Shown piece by piece: positions 9,981-19,809 of a stretch of DNA of 64,000 nucleotides. The notes under the pieces are model-generated. The model searched no databases and was not told where the DNA came from. It saw only the letters and a program-made list of their open reading frames with translations. The position numbers were made by a program, and so were the translations under genes. Origin of the DNA: Candidatus Hikarchaeia archaeon HikBin5 (GTDB lineage Archaea > Halobacteriota > Halobacteria > Halobacteriales > Hikarchaeaceae); contig WTZU01000003.1 in assembly GCA_009889625.1 (NCBI GenBank), positions 4,131-68,130 of the forward strand, written 5' to 3'. Position 1 is the stretch's first letter. Each line of letters begins with the position of its first letter.

Positions 9981-12004
9981 CTATGGGTCCATTCGATTTA
10001 ATTGCTGCAATCCCGCTATTGCCTCTAACTGCGTTCTTGGTCATTTTATTTGCAGGACATTTTACACCTTCTGCTCTCCCCAAATGTGGTGCAATTCCTG
10101 GTATCTTGGCATTGTCTGGATCTTTCATAATTTCCCTATCTTTGCTGCCACTTGTTTATTCTGGAAATTTCTTTAATAATTCCATTTATTTATGGGCAAC
10201 TTGGTCTATTTCGGATCTCCACTTTGGATTCTTAATTGACCCCTTATCTGCGCTCATGCTCGTCGTAGTTTCTCTAATAGCACTCTTGGTATTCATACAC
10301 AGCCTAGGTTATATGAACGATCAAAATGAACAAGGATTGTTCCGATACTATGCTGGTTTGTCTTTATTTTCATTTAGCATGTTGTCATTTGTCATCTCAG
10401 ATAACTTGCTAATGTCATTTATTTTCTTTGAGCTGGTTGGTTTCTGCTCTTGGGTATTGATCGGGTTCTGGTTCCGTGAAGATGCACCGCCAAAAGCTGC
10501 AACAAAAGCATTTTTAGTAACTAGGTTTGGGGATTATTTCTTTTTAATAGGTGTTGTAGCAGTTTTAGTTATATTTGGGACTGCAAATTTTGCAGGTCCG
10601 AACTCCTTCCCAGTTCTCGCCAAATCTGCCATTCTTTCGGGCCAAACTCTAAATGGACTTGATCCACAAACTTGGGTCACCATTATTGGACTCTTGATTT
10701 TAGGTGGTGTCATTGGGAAATCTGCACAATTTCCTCTCCACACTTGGCTCCCAGATGCAATGGAAGGGCCCACTCCTGTATCTGCACTTATCCATGCTGC
10801 AACCATGGTCGCAGCAGGTGTCTATCTTGTAGCAAGAATATATGGGTTCTATGCACTGTCTCCCACCACTTTGGCTATTATCGCACTCGTTGGAGGATTC
10901 ACGGCATTACTTGCCGCAACGATGGCAACTGTCAAACATGAACTTAAACAAGTTCTGGCTTATTCTACAATAAGTCAATATGGTTACATCATGCTCGCTC
11001 TGGGGGCTGGAGGATATGTAGCTGGAATTTTCCACCTCACCACTCACGCCATTTTCAAAGCTTTGTTATTCTTAGGAGCAGGGGCTGTGATAATCGCAAT
11101 GCATCATGATGGGGATATGTGGAATATGGGTGGACTTAGAGAAAAACTTCCTGTAACTTATTGGTGCTTTATTTTTGGATCACTTGCTTTAGCTGGAATT
11201 TTCCCCTTTGCCGGTTTCTGGTCTAAAGATGAGGTACTCCTGGAAACTTTGAATTATGGCCTTGGGGGCTCTCCCATCCTATTAATCGGATATGCATTTG
11301 GTTTAATCGCGGTATTTGTAACGGGTTTCTACACTTTCCGGATGATACACTTGACATTCCACGGCTCTCCACGATCACAAGCAGCAAGAGAACCCCATTC
11401 CTTGCGTTGGAATATCAAATTACCTCTTGTGGTACTAGGCTCTCTCTCCCTCTTGGCAGGTGCAATTAATATGGTACCCTTGGGTGAAATTTTAGGAATT
11501 GACCTTTCTTACTTGCACCATTGGCTCGATACTGCACCTTCTAACCTAACTGCTCACCACTACCACGAACTCACAGAGTCCTTTTCTGGATATCACTCTG
11601 CATATTTCTCTTCCATCATTTCTGCAATTCTATCTTTGGCAGTAGCTGTATCTGGAATGGCGTTTGCGTGGAAACTCTACCAATCTCCAAACCCCACCGA
11701 ATCTGGGACTGTTTACTCCACGAGGTTTAACACAATCTATCGCATTCTCATGCATAATTATTACCAAGACGATTACCAGCTAATGATAGCCAGCTTAACC
11801 CGAAATAAACTTGCCACTTTCGCAAACATATTCGATCAAAAATACCTCGATGGGTTAGTCAACGAACTTAGCTCAAAGAGTCTTTCTCTCAGCAATTCCA
11901 TACGGAGAATTCAAACAGGTGCTGTAACTAATTATGCCCTTTTGCTCTCCATAGGGCTGGTGTTAATTTTATTCATATTTGCATTACTGGGGGGGTGGCT
12001 ATAA
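9974..12004 (+). CDS. nuoL: NADH-quinone oxidoreductase subunit L
   Basis: 676 aa antiporter-like subunit with GKSAQFPLHTWLPDAMEGPTPVSALIHAATMV. The track start is a GTG at 9974. An ATG at 9983 is an alternative start. Confidence 0.95.
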   Translation: MVAMGPFDLIAAIPLLPLTAFLVILFAGHFTPSALPKCGAIPGILALSGSFIISLSLLPLVYSGNFFNNSIYLWATWSISDLHFGFLIDPLSALMLVVVSLIALLVFIHSLGYMNDQNEQGLFRYYAGLSLFSFSMLSFVISDNLLMSFIFFELVGFCSWVLIGFWFREDAPPKAATKAFLVTRFGDYFFLIGVVAVLVIFGTANFAGPNSFPVLAKSAILSGQTLNGLDPQTWVTIIGLLILGGVIGKSAQFPLHTWLPDAMEGPTPVSALIHAATMVAAGVYLVARIYGFYALSPTTLAIIALVGGFTALLAATMATVKHELKQVLAYSTISQYGYIMLALGAGGYVAGIFHLTTHAIFKALLFLGAGAVIIAMHHDGDMWNMGGLREKLPVTYWCFIFGSLALAGIFPFAGFWSKDEVLLETLNYGLGGSPILLIGYAFGLIAVFVTGFYTFRMIHLTFHGSPRSQAAREPHSLRWNIKLPLVVLGSLSLLAGAINMVPLGEILGIDLSYLHHWLDTAPSNLTAHHYHELTESFSGYHSAYFSSIISAILSLAVAVSGMAFAWKLYQSPNPTESGTVYSTRFNTIYRILMHNYYQDDYQLMIASLTRNKLATFANIFDQKYLDGLVNELSSKSLSLSNSIRRIQTGAVTNYALLLSIGLVLILFIFALLGGWL

Positions 12005-12005
12005 T

Positions 12006-13544
12006 ATGTTAATAGAATTAGTAATCTTATCTGCATTCTTCAGCGGACTGTTTATATTATTTTCCTCCGATGAAAATTCACATAAATTTTCATTTTACCT
12101 GAGCTTAATCCCCTTGCTCGGAACTTTGATCATGTGGATTAATTTCGATGGAAGTGGCAATGCGCTGTTGAACGGGGGAAAAATTGCATTCGAAACATAT
12201 GTACCTTGGTTATCTCTTGGATCTTATTCTTTAAGTTGGCATGTTGGTGTTGATGGAATAAGTATGCCGCTTATTCTCCTCACCTCCATCTTGACCCCTC
12301 TTGCAATCCTCTCTGCTTGGACTCCAATAAATGAAAGAAAGTCTCAATTCTATGGGCTCGTTTTGATTATAGAGGCGGCACTTTTCGGCGTTTTCGTAGC
12401 CTTTGATTTCTTTGTTTGGTTCGTTTTTTGGGAAGCCGTTTTAATTCCAATGTACTTTTTAATAGCCATTTGGGGTGGCACTCGAAGAAAATATGCTGCA
12501 ATAAAATTTTTCATTTATACGAACGTAGCTAGCCTAGTCATGTTCATTGGATTCATGGCTCTCATTTTCGGGTTAGGTGATTCCATCAGTTCGTTTAATC
12601 TGATCGATATTTCTACTGCATTACATTCAGGGCAATTAGACGGATTGGGATTCTTGGACGCTTCTACTTTGAAATATGTAGCTTTCATCGCACTATTTAT
12701 TGGATTTGGAGTTAAGGTCCCTATTGTCCCTCTCCACACTTGGCTCCCAGATGCACACGTAGAGGCTCCTACTCCTGCATCTGTCATTTTGGCAGGGGTT
12801 TTACTTAAGATGGGGACTTATGCCCTCCTTCGGTTTAATTTCACACTCTTGGCCGATGTAGCCCAAAAATGGGCTAGTATAATTGCTATTATTGCAGCAG
12901 TCAGTGTGATTTACGGGGCATTTTTGGCCCTAGCTCAAACCGATCTAAAACGAATCGTTGCATACTCTTCTATTTCGTCCATGGGCTATGTACTTCTAGG
13001 TCTGGTTGCTTATACTGTATATGGATTGGGAGGTGCAACTTTTCAAATGATCAGCCACGGGTTGCTTTCTGGACTCTTATTCATGTCTGTAGGATTGATA
13101 TACAATGCAACTCATACAAGGTCCATCGAAGATCTCTCTGGACTGGCTGACAAAATGCCCCTTACTTCTGTGATCTTTATTGCAGGGGCATTTGGATATA
13201 TGGGGCTACCGCTTATGTCGGGCTTTGCAGCAGAACTTTTCATCTTCATAGGTGCATTCGGAGCCAATTTCCCATTTGCGAAACTCATCACGGCGATATC
13301 TATGTTTGGAATTGTTATTGTAGCAGGATATCTTTTGTTAACAATCCAACGCGTATTTTTTGGAACTTTCGAAGTCAAAGGAAATCCCGACTTGGCCCTT
13401 CCTCAAATACACGATTTAATGCCACTAGTGGTAATACTGCTAATGATTATTGCACTTGGAATTGCACCAAATATTTTCTTCGAAATGATTCAAGACGCAG
13501 TCGAACCTATGGTTTCTTTACTTGGAGGTATTTCCGATGTCTGA
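12006..13544 (+). CDS. nuoM: NADH-quinone oxidoreductase subunit M
   Basis: VKVPIVPLHTWLPDAHVEAPTPASVILAGVLLKMG is the ND4 signature. The ATG at 12006 lies 2 nt after the nuoL stop, so I prefer it to the upstream in-frame start at 11979. Confidence 0.95.
   Translation: MLIELVILSAFFSGLFILFSSDENSHKFSFYLSLIPLLGTLIMWINFDGSGNALLNGGKIAFETYVPWLSLGSYSLSWHVGVDGISMPLILLTSILTPLAILSAWTPINERKSQFYGLVLIIEAALFGVFVAFDFFVWFVFWEAVLIPMYFLIAIWGGTRRKYAAIKFFIYTNVASLVMFIGFMALIFGLGDSISSFNLIDISTALHSGQLDGLGFLDASTLKYVAFIALFIGFGVKVPIVPLHTWLPDAHVEAPTPASVILAGVLLKMGTYALLRFNFTLLADVAQKWASIIAIIAAVSVIYGAFLALAQTDLKRIVAYSSISSMGYVLLGLVAYTVYGLGGATFQMISHGLLSGLLFMSVGLIYNATHTRSIEDLSGLADKMPLTSVIFIAGAFGYMGLPLMSGFAAELFIFIGAFGANFPFAKLITAISMFGIVIVAGYLLLTIQRVFFGTFEVKGNPDLALPQIHDLMPLVVILLMIIALGIAPNIFFEMIQDAVEPMVSLLGGISDV
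13524..13528 (+). promoter_or_regulatory. Shine-Dalgarno-like GGAGG upstream of nuoN
   Basis: GGAGG lies 8 nt before the ATG at 13537. Confidence 0.4.
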
Positions 13545-15012
13545 TCTAGTTTTACTCCTTCCTCAATTATGTATACTTTCAGCCGCTTTGTTGGTACTCA
13601 TATATAATACTATATTTCGAAAATCTACCAAATTAACAATTCTAACATTAATTGCAGTAGTTGGTTCTTTCTGTTCAATTGCATCTGCAATATTTTTATT
13701 CATTTCGCAATCTCCAACTGTCACTATCTTTGGAGATCAACTAGTCGTTGATGGATCTAGTTTATTCTTCTCCGTTATCATTTCATCTGTAACTCTACTA
13801 GTTTCTATAGCTAGTTATAATTACATAAAACCACTACAAAACCAAGCAGAGTATTATTCTCTCTTACTGCTAGCAGCCGCAGGAATGGGTCTCATGGCAT
13901 CTGCAAATTCTTTGGTTATAGCCTTTGTTGCAATGGAATTGGCATCTTTGCCTTCCTATGCACTCGTCACTTATCTGAAGAATAATGAAGGAAGCACTGA
14001 ATCTGGACTCAAATATTTCCTAATTGGGGCATTATCTTCTGCTATATTTGTTTATGGTTCCAGCCTAATCTATGGTGCAACTGGAAGTCTAGGATTCACT
14101 GCCATCTCCGAATCAATACTCAACACCCCCTCTTTATCTGGGCTTCTGGGAATTGGCATTTTGATGGTAATTGGGGGTCTCGCATTTAAAACAACAAGTG
14201 TGCCATTTCATTTCTGGGCTCCCGATGCATATGAAGGTGCAATCTCTCCCGTTAGTGCGTTTATATCTTCTGCATCAAAAGCAGCTGGATTTATCCTCGC
14301 TTTCCGAATTTTAATTGAGGCATTCCCTCTTGATGTAGTTTCTTCCATTGGACTAGATTGGGCCCTCGCGATACAGATCCTTGCTGTACTCACAATGACA
14401 CTAGGAAATTTCGCAGCCGCTTTACAAGAGAATGTTAAGAGAATGTTAGCGTATTCTTCTATCGGACATGCAGGTTATGTTTTAATTGGACTTGCAGCAT
14501 TATCTGGATCTCAAGATACACTAGTCATTGGGGCAAGCATGATGCATTTGATGATTTATGGGTTCATGAATACTGGGGCATTTCTATTCATTGCACTTGC
14601 AGAACATTGGAATGTGGGTCCAACCTTCAAAGATTATCGTGGATTGGGGTCCAAAGCACCATTGGTATCTATAGCAATGACTGTATTTTTATTCTCTCTA
14701 GCTGGCTTGCCAACAGGAGGGGGTTTCCTGACAAAGTACGTTCTATTCATGGCCGCAGTAGGTGCTGGATTCTGGTGGCTGGCAGCAATCGGGGCAATCA
14801 ATTCTGCACTTTCTCTCTATTTCTATACCCGGCTGGTTAAGTCACTGTGGGTGGATCCCCCAATTTCTGATCTCAATATCTCCTCCAAAGGGATACCCGT
14901 TGGAATCTATGTGGCAATACTCATAGCCGCGGTAGTGACTATTTTGAGCCTTCCTTTCTTCTCCCCATTTGCCGATTTCGCAATGGCTGCAGCCAATATA
15001 TTAATTTCTTAA
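13537..15012 (+). CDS. nuoN: NADH-quinone oxidoreductase subunit N
   Basis: FKTTSVPFHFWAPDAYEGAISPVSAFIS is the ND2 signature. The ATG at 13537 overlaps the nuoM stop by 8 nt. The track start at 13522 is a TTG. Confidence 0.9.
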   Translation: MSDLVLLLPQLCILSAALLVLIYNTIFRKSTKLTILTLIAVVGSFCSIASAIFLFISQSPTVTIFGDQLVVDGSSLFFSVIISSVTLLVSIASYNYIKPLQNQAEYYSLLLLAAAGMGLMASANSLVIAFVAMELASLPSYALVTYLKNNEGSTESGLKYFLIGALSSAIFVYGSSLIYGATGSLGFTAISESILNTPSLSGLLGIGILMVIGGLAFKTTSVPFHFWAPDAYEGAISPVSAFISSASKAAGFILAFRILIEAFPLDVVSSIGLDWALAIQILAVLTMTLGNFAAALQENVKRMLAYSSIGHAGYVLIGLAALSGSQDTLVIGASMMHLMIYGFMNTGAFLFIALAEHWNVGPTFKDYRGLGSKAPLVSIAMTVFLFSLAGLPTGGGFLTKYVLFMAAVGAGFWWLAAIGAINSALSLYFYTRLVKSLWVDPPISDLNISSKGIPVGIYVAILIAAVVTILSLPFFSPFADFAMAAANILIS

Positions 15013-15031
15013 TTTTTATGCTTGGGTTTTT
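15013..15031 (+). terminator. Possible oligo-T archaeal terminator after nuoN
   Basis: Two T5 runs (TTTTTATGCTTGGGTTTTT) follow the nuoN stop directly. Read-through into the next gene cannot be excluded. Confidence 0.25.
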
Positions 15032-15058
15032 ATCCATTCAAGCTTCTTTGTCAATCAT

Positions 15059-15859
15059 ATGAGTCCAACTGCCCCTTCGGACGAACCAAGACCCACCGTT
15101 GGACAATATATGACTCTACATGTAGAGGTGGTTTCTCCCGATGATACCGTCTCTGAAGTAGCTAAAAAAATAGATATAACCGGTCATGATGGGTTCCCTG
15201 TATGTGTTGGAAGGCAGGTTGTTGGATTTATAACCGCTAGAGACTTGCTACTCTCCAACAATGAAGTTTCAATTTTCCAAGTTATGAGTAAGGATCTATT
15301 AGTTGCACATCCTGGGATGGCCATTCAAGACGCAGCAAGAGTCATCCTTCGATCTGGAATTCAAAAACTCCCTGTTATAGACGATGCAGGAAATTTAGCT
15401 GGTATAATCTCCAATTCCGATGTTATTCGGAGCCAAATAGAACGGGCAACCCCCGAAAAAGTAGGGAAATTACTACGAACTTTGGAGTCTATTCATGGCA
15501 CTAAAATAACTCAGAAACGAAAAAATGTCTTCATTAATTTGCTTATACCAACCCAGAAAACAGTTTATGCAGACGAGTTAGAAGGAAGGAGCTATGAGCT
15601 CTCAAATGGACTGGCAGAACCTCTAGTCGTCATAGATTGCAATGATAATTTATACTTGGCAGATGGACACCACCGAGTATTGGCAGCACATTCATTGAGA
15701 ATTGAAAAAATGGATGCATATGTATTAATACTAGATAAATCGGTAGAACTTGGCATGGCAAAAACAGCAGCAAAAGAAGGGCTGAATACTATTCAAGATA
15801 TAACAATTGTAGACTATGCCCGCCATCCCCTGGTTGAAACCACTCGTAGAAATAATTAA
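15059..15859 (+). CDS. CBS-domain pair fused to a ParB/Srx-like domain
   Basis: 266 aa. The N-terminal half has two CBS repeats: VVSPDDTVSEVAKKI...GFPV and AHPGMAIQDAARVILRSGIQKLPVIDDAGNLAGIISNSDVI. The C-terminal half has the ParB-like nuclease/sulfiredoxin signature LADGHHRVLAAH. Confidence 0.7.
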   Translation: MSPTAPSDEPRPTVGQYMTLHVEVVSPDDTVSEVAKKIDITGHDGFPVCVGRQVVGFITARDLLLSNNEVSIFQVMSKDLLVAHPGMAIQDAARVILRSGIQKLPVIDDAGNLAGIISNSDVIRSQIERATPEKVGKLLRTLESIHGTKITQKRKNVFINLLIPTQKTVYADELEGRSYELSNGLAEPLVVIDCNDNLYLADGHHRVLAAHSLRIEKMDAYVLILDKSVELGMAKTAAKEGLNTIQDITIVDYARHPLVETTRRNN

Positions 15860-15861
15860 TT

Positions 15862-17853
15862 CTACTTTCCCCCCTCTCCGTGAACTTGAATTCTTATTTT
15901 CTCTGCTATTGTCGGATCACTGAGGGTAGTTGTATCTCCCAACTCTTCATCATTTGAAATGTTTTCTAATAGTCGACGCATAATCTTTCCAGACCTTGTT
16001 TTTGGTAGGTCTTCAACAAATATTACATTTGCAGGTCTGGCAAATTTTCCAATCCCCTCTTCCACTGATTCATTTATGCACTTTCGAATTTCATCTGATG
16101 CTTTATTGCCCTCTCTCAACACAACATATGCATCTGGAACTTCTCCTTTTTCTGGATGTTTCCTGGAAGCAACTGCTGCTTCCGCAACAGATTTGACTTC
16201 TACTATTGCAGATTCCAACTCCATGGTCCCTAGACGATGCCCTGCGACATTCATCACATCATCTAATCGACCTAGTATTCTAAAATATTTATCTGATGTT
16301 TGAATTGCGCCATCCCCTGCCTTATATGACCATTTTTCCCATTCACTTGAATTAGTATCTGAAAATTCCTCCCAATATGTGGATATAAACCTCTCATCAT
16401 CCCCATAAACCGTTTGCAACATCCCTGGCCATGGCCTAGTTATTATGAGATTTCCTGCTTTCCCGACCTCTCTGTCTATCTCCTTGCCTTCTCCATCAAC
16501 AATCATTGGTTTGATTCCAGGAGCTGCCAATCCTGCACTACCTGGTTTCATATCAGATATGCCTGGTAAATTGGTGATCATATGGCCTCCTGTTTCTGTT
16601 TGCCACCAAGTGTCTACAATCACTGCCTCTTTTTTACCTATATATTCATAATACCAAATCCATGCCTCTGGTTGAATGGGTTCTCCCACACTAGTCATTA
16701 GCCTAAAGCTAAAATCATAACCCTCTAGATGTTCCTCTCCCCATTTCATAAACATCCTCACCGCCGTGGGAGATGTATGGAATATATCGACGCTATATTT
16801 CTCAGCAATTTCCCAAATTCTTCCCTTATGTGGGTAATCCGGGGTGCCTTCATACATAACACTAGTAGTTCCCAGTGCAAGAGGGCCATAAACAATATAA
16901 GAATGACCTGTTATCCATCCAATATCTGCGGCACACCAATACGTATCCTCTGGCTTAATGTCCAAAATATATTTGGACGTTCCTGTAGCATATGCAAGAT
17001 ATCCTCCAGTTCTATGCTGGCATCCTTTTGGCTTTCCAGTTGTCCCCGATGTATACATTAAAAATAGTATATCTTCTGCATTCCTCTCCACTGGATCTAC
17101 TAATTCTCTTTTGTGCTCTTTCTGGAGATCCTTAAGCAATATGTATTCCTCTTTGATATCAACCATTGGCTTTTCATGACGTGTCCAAACTAATACTGTT
17201 GGTCTTTCATCCATTCCTTCTAAAGCAGCGTCCGTTTTTTCAATATGATTTAGAAATTCACCTCTCCTATAATATCCATCAATCGTAACTATATACTCTG
17301 AGTTCGCATCTCGAACTCGATCCGAAAGTGCAGTCGCCGAAAAACCAGCAAAAACTTCTGAATGAGGTGCACCTATCCGAGAACATGCCAACATGGTCAT
17401 TGGGAGTTCTAACACCATTGGAAGATGAAGAGTAACTATGTCATTTTCTTTTATTCCCACAGACTTGAGCGCTGCAGAAATTTCATTTATCTCCCGATAT
17501 AGGTCTTGATATGTGATATTTTTCTGTTCTCCATCTTCACCTTCCCACAATAGGGCAGTTTGATTTTTTCTAGTTGAAAGGTGACGGTCAACACAATTAT
17601 ATGATGCATTTATTTTCCCTCCTACAAACCACTTATAAAACGGTGGTTTTGACCCATCAAAAACCTGGTCCCATGTTTTATACCAGTCAAGTAAATTGGC
17701 ATATTCTTCAAACCCTTCTGGAAATTTTTCAAATCGTTCGTATATATTTGGGTCTTTGATGTTAGCTTGCTCAATAAATTCATCTGGTGGTTTGTAGTAC
17801 TGCTGCTCCACTAGATGAGCTTCGATAGTACCTCTTCTCTTATCCGTACTCAT
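15862..17853 (-). CDS. acs: Acetyl-CoA synthetase (AMP-forming)
   Basis: 663 aa with the AMP-binding motif YTSGTTGKPKG, plus WWQTETGG and LPKTRSGKIMRR. Confidence 0.95.
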   Translation of the reverse strand: MSTDKRRGTIEAHLVEQQYYKPPDEFIEQANIKDPNIYERFEKFPEGFEEYANLLDWYKTWDQVFDGSKPPFYKWFVGGKINASYNCVDRHLSTRKNQTALLWEGEDGEQKNITYQDLYREINEISAALKSVGIKENDIVTLHLPMVLELPMTMLACSRIGAPHSEVFAGFSATALSDRVRDANSEYIVTIDGYYRRGEFLNHIEKTDAALEGMDERPTVLVWTRHEKPMVDIKEEYILLKDLQKEHKRELVDPVERNAEDILFLMYTSGTTGKPKGCQHRTGGYLAYATGTSKYILDIKPEDTYWCAADIGWITGHSYIVYGPLALGTTSVMYEGTPDYPHKGRIWEIAEKYSVDIFHTSPTAVRMFMKWGEEHLEGYDFSFRLMTSVGEPIQPEAWIWYYEYIGKKEAVIVDTWWQTETGGHMITNLPGISDMKPGSAGLAAPGIKPMIVDGEGKEIDREVGKAGNLIITRPWPGMLQTVYGDDERFISTYWEEFSDTNSSEWEKWSYKAGDGAIQTSDKYFRILGRLDDVMNVAGHRLGTMELESAIVEVKSVAEAAVASRKHPEKGEVPDAYVVLREGNKASDEIRKCINESVEEGIGKFARPANVIFVEDLPKTRSGKIMRRLLENISNDEELGDTTTLSDPTIAEKIRIQVHGEGGK

Positions 17854-17965
17854 GCTTATTATAGACTTTTATTGGTTAAAATATTGTCTCCTACGTTCCA
17901 TTCATCCTTGCGCATCTAAGAAAGAACTCTTATAATCCTGAAAAAGAGATTTTGAGGTATTCCTT

Positions 17966-18391
17966 ATGTCTGGACCTGGATATCTATTAAGTTCTGCCCT
18001 AATGGGTGCGTTTTTCTTGATGATTGTGGCCGTTTTCTTGCGCCTTAGGAATTGGAATCACATACAAACTCTTGATTATTCGAACCTCGACTTAAAATTT
18101 GTGGAATTTCTCCCTCACATACGATTATTTTTATTTTCATCTTTGGTTTTGGGCATATCTGCGTTTGTAGTTATTTTCCTTACTTCTCCCTCTTTCCAAT
18201 TTGATCCCCAAACCTCGGTTATCCTCTTCCTCGGATTATTTTCAATTTTGTTATTCTCATACCTTTTAATTGGGTTATATGCTTCCATCCGTTCCAATGG
18301 TGGCTCTCGGGCATGGGCACTTGCCATGGCAATTATCACATTTGCAACACTAATTTTAATAATAATCGCAACACAATTAATCCTCTCATGA
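17966..18391 (+). CDS. Hypothetical 4-TM membrane protein
   Basis: 141 aa with four hydrophobic helices and no recognisable motif. Its stop overlaps the next gene start (ATGA at 18388-18391). Confidence 0.5.
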   Translation: MSGPGYLLSSALMGAFFLMIVAVFLRLRNWNHIQTLDYSNLDLKFVEFLPHIRLFLFSSLVLGISAFVVIFLTSPSFQFDPQTSVILFLGLFSILLFSYLLIGLYASIRSNGGSRAWALAMAIITFATLILIIIATQLILS

Positions 18392-19773
18392 CGGGATTTT
18401 CCCTGTTCAAATTCACTTCGAAGTGGTTTTTTCTAATTCTTATAGGGGCCTCCCTACTACCTATCCCTGTTATGGCCCATGCGGGGGGTTTGCCTTTGAC
18501 AAATGAACCTGCTATTATCCCAACATGGCTTTTCGTCCTCACAGGCGGAGTCATTATTGGCATTTCATTCCTATTTGTTAGTCTCGTAACTCATAGGCAA
18601 CTCATAGATAATATAAACAGCTATCAATTGAGCTTACCCTTCCCTCAATTTTTAAAACCAAATATCTCAATTCTCCAATTTCTATCTATATTTCTTTTAA
18701 TTTACACTTTAATTTTGGGGATTTTTGGACCTCAAAATCCAGTATCTAGCTTTTCAATCCTATTCGTATGGGTCATTTGGTGGGCTGGATATACAATGAC
18801 CGTATATTTATTTGGAAATACTTGGGACGCACTCAACCCTTGGAAGTCAATCTCAATATTGCTCCCTTCCCTCAATCATCCATACCCTTCTAAATTAGGC
18901 TCTTGGCCTGCATCGATTGGACTTCTATTCTTTGTCCTAATCGAAGTGGGATCTGATATAACATATTCCCCTTATACCCTCTCCCTTGTTCTTATCTTTT
19001 ACACGATCCTGACTTTAATGGGATCTTTTGTATATGGGTCCAAACCGTGGTTTGAAAATGCCGATCCAATCTCTAAATTTTTTAGATGTTATGGAGAAAT
19101 GTCTTTACTAACTTCTTCCAAAAATTCTATTGAAATACATCTACCTGGAACAAAATTAGTAACTGGATCCAATACACTCGGATTGTCCGCGCGCCACGAG
19201 GTTTTATTCATAATCACTATTCTTTTCATCACAACTTATGATGGTTTGATTTCTACACAATTTTGGAACAAATGGGTTTTAATTCCCCTCCTTTCATTAG
19301 GTATTCCTCTTCTAATCATCCATCTTCTCTCTCTTATAGTTGGGCATGGTCTGTTCTATGCAATATACCATTATGCGATTATCATTTCCCATCGAATTTC
19401 TGGCACTTATATCTCTATCCATTCTCTTAATATCAAGTTTGCAGCTTCTCTATTGCCCATTGCAGCTGGATATCACCTCGCACATTTTACAGGATATCTA
19501 CTGACATTTTTCCCCGCATTTGTTTATGCCACTTTCCATCCCCTTTCACCCGTCCCCTTTCACCCAAATTCCCTTCCACATTGGATTCCTCTTTTGGCTT
19601 TAATTTTCATTTTACTTGGTCATATTTGTTCAGTTTGGATATCTCATTGCATTTCTTTTAAACTTTTCAGTGGCCGTTTACAACCCTTGCGTAGTCAATA
19701 TCCTATTATCTTCATTATGATATTGTATACTATGTTTAGCCTTTGGATCGTCACCTCCCCCTTGGCGCGATAA
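18388..19773 (+). CDS. Hypothetical polytopic membrane protein with a signal peptide and predicted mature N-terminal His
   Basis: The ATG at 18388 gives MTGFSLFKFTSKWFFLILIGASLLPIPVMA/HAGG, a signal-peptide-like segment with a V-M-A cleavage motif. About 12 further TM helices follow. Conserved-looking segments are TWDALNPW and HLAHFTGY. The track start at 18313 lies inside the upstream gene. Confidence 0.55.
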   Translation: MTGFSLFKFTSKWFFLILIGASLLPIPVMAHAGGLPLTNEPAIIPTWLFVLTGGVIIGISFLFVSLVTHRQLIDNINSYQLSLPFPQFLKPNISILQFLSIFLLIYTLILGIFGPQNPVSSFSILFVWVIWWAGYTMTVYLFGNTWDALNPWKSISILLPSLNHPYPSKLGSWPASIGLLFFVLIEVGSDITYSPYTLSLVLIFYTILTLMGSFVYGSKPWFENADPISKFFRCYGEMSLLTSSKNSIEIHLPGTKLVTGSNTLGLSARHEVLFIITILFITTYDGLISTQFWNKWVLIPLLSLGIPLLIIHLLSLIVGHGLFYAIYHYAIIISHRISGTYISIHSLNIKFAASLLPIAAGYHLAHFTGYLLTFFPAFVYATFHPLSPVPFHPNSLPHWIPLLALIFILLGHICSVWISHCISFKLFSGRLQPLRSQYPIIFIMILYTMFSLWIVTSPLAR

Positions 19774-19809
19774 GAATAATTTTATCTCGCCGTCCTTTTT
19801 ATAAATGTT

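Noticed and set aside
10534-10941. Overlapping 89-90 aa ORFs on both strands inside nuoL, with analogous ORFs at 12515-12787 and 14208-14393 inside nuoM and nuoN.
   Set aside because: They sit over the most conserved antiporter motif region (HTWLPDA...), where the sense frame is unambiguous. The antisense and out-of-frame ORFs repeat across the paralogous subunits simply because the underlying DNA is homologous.
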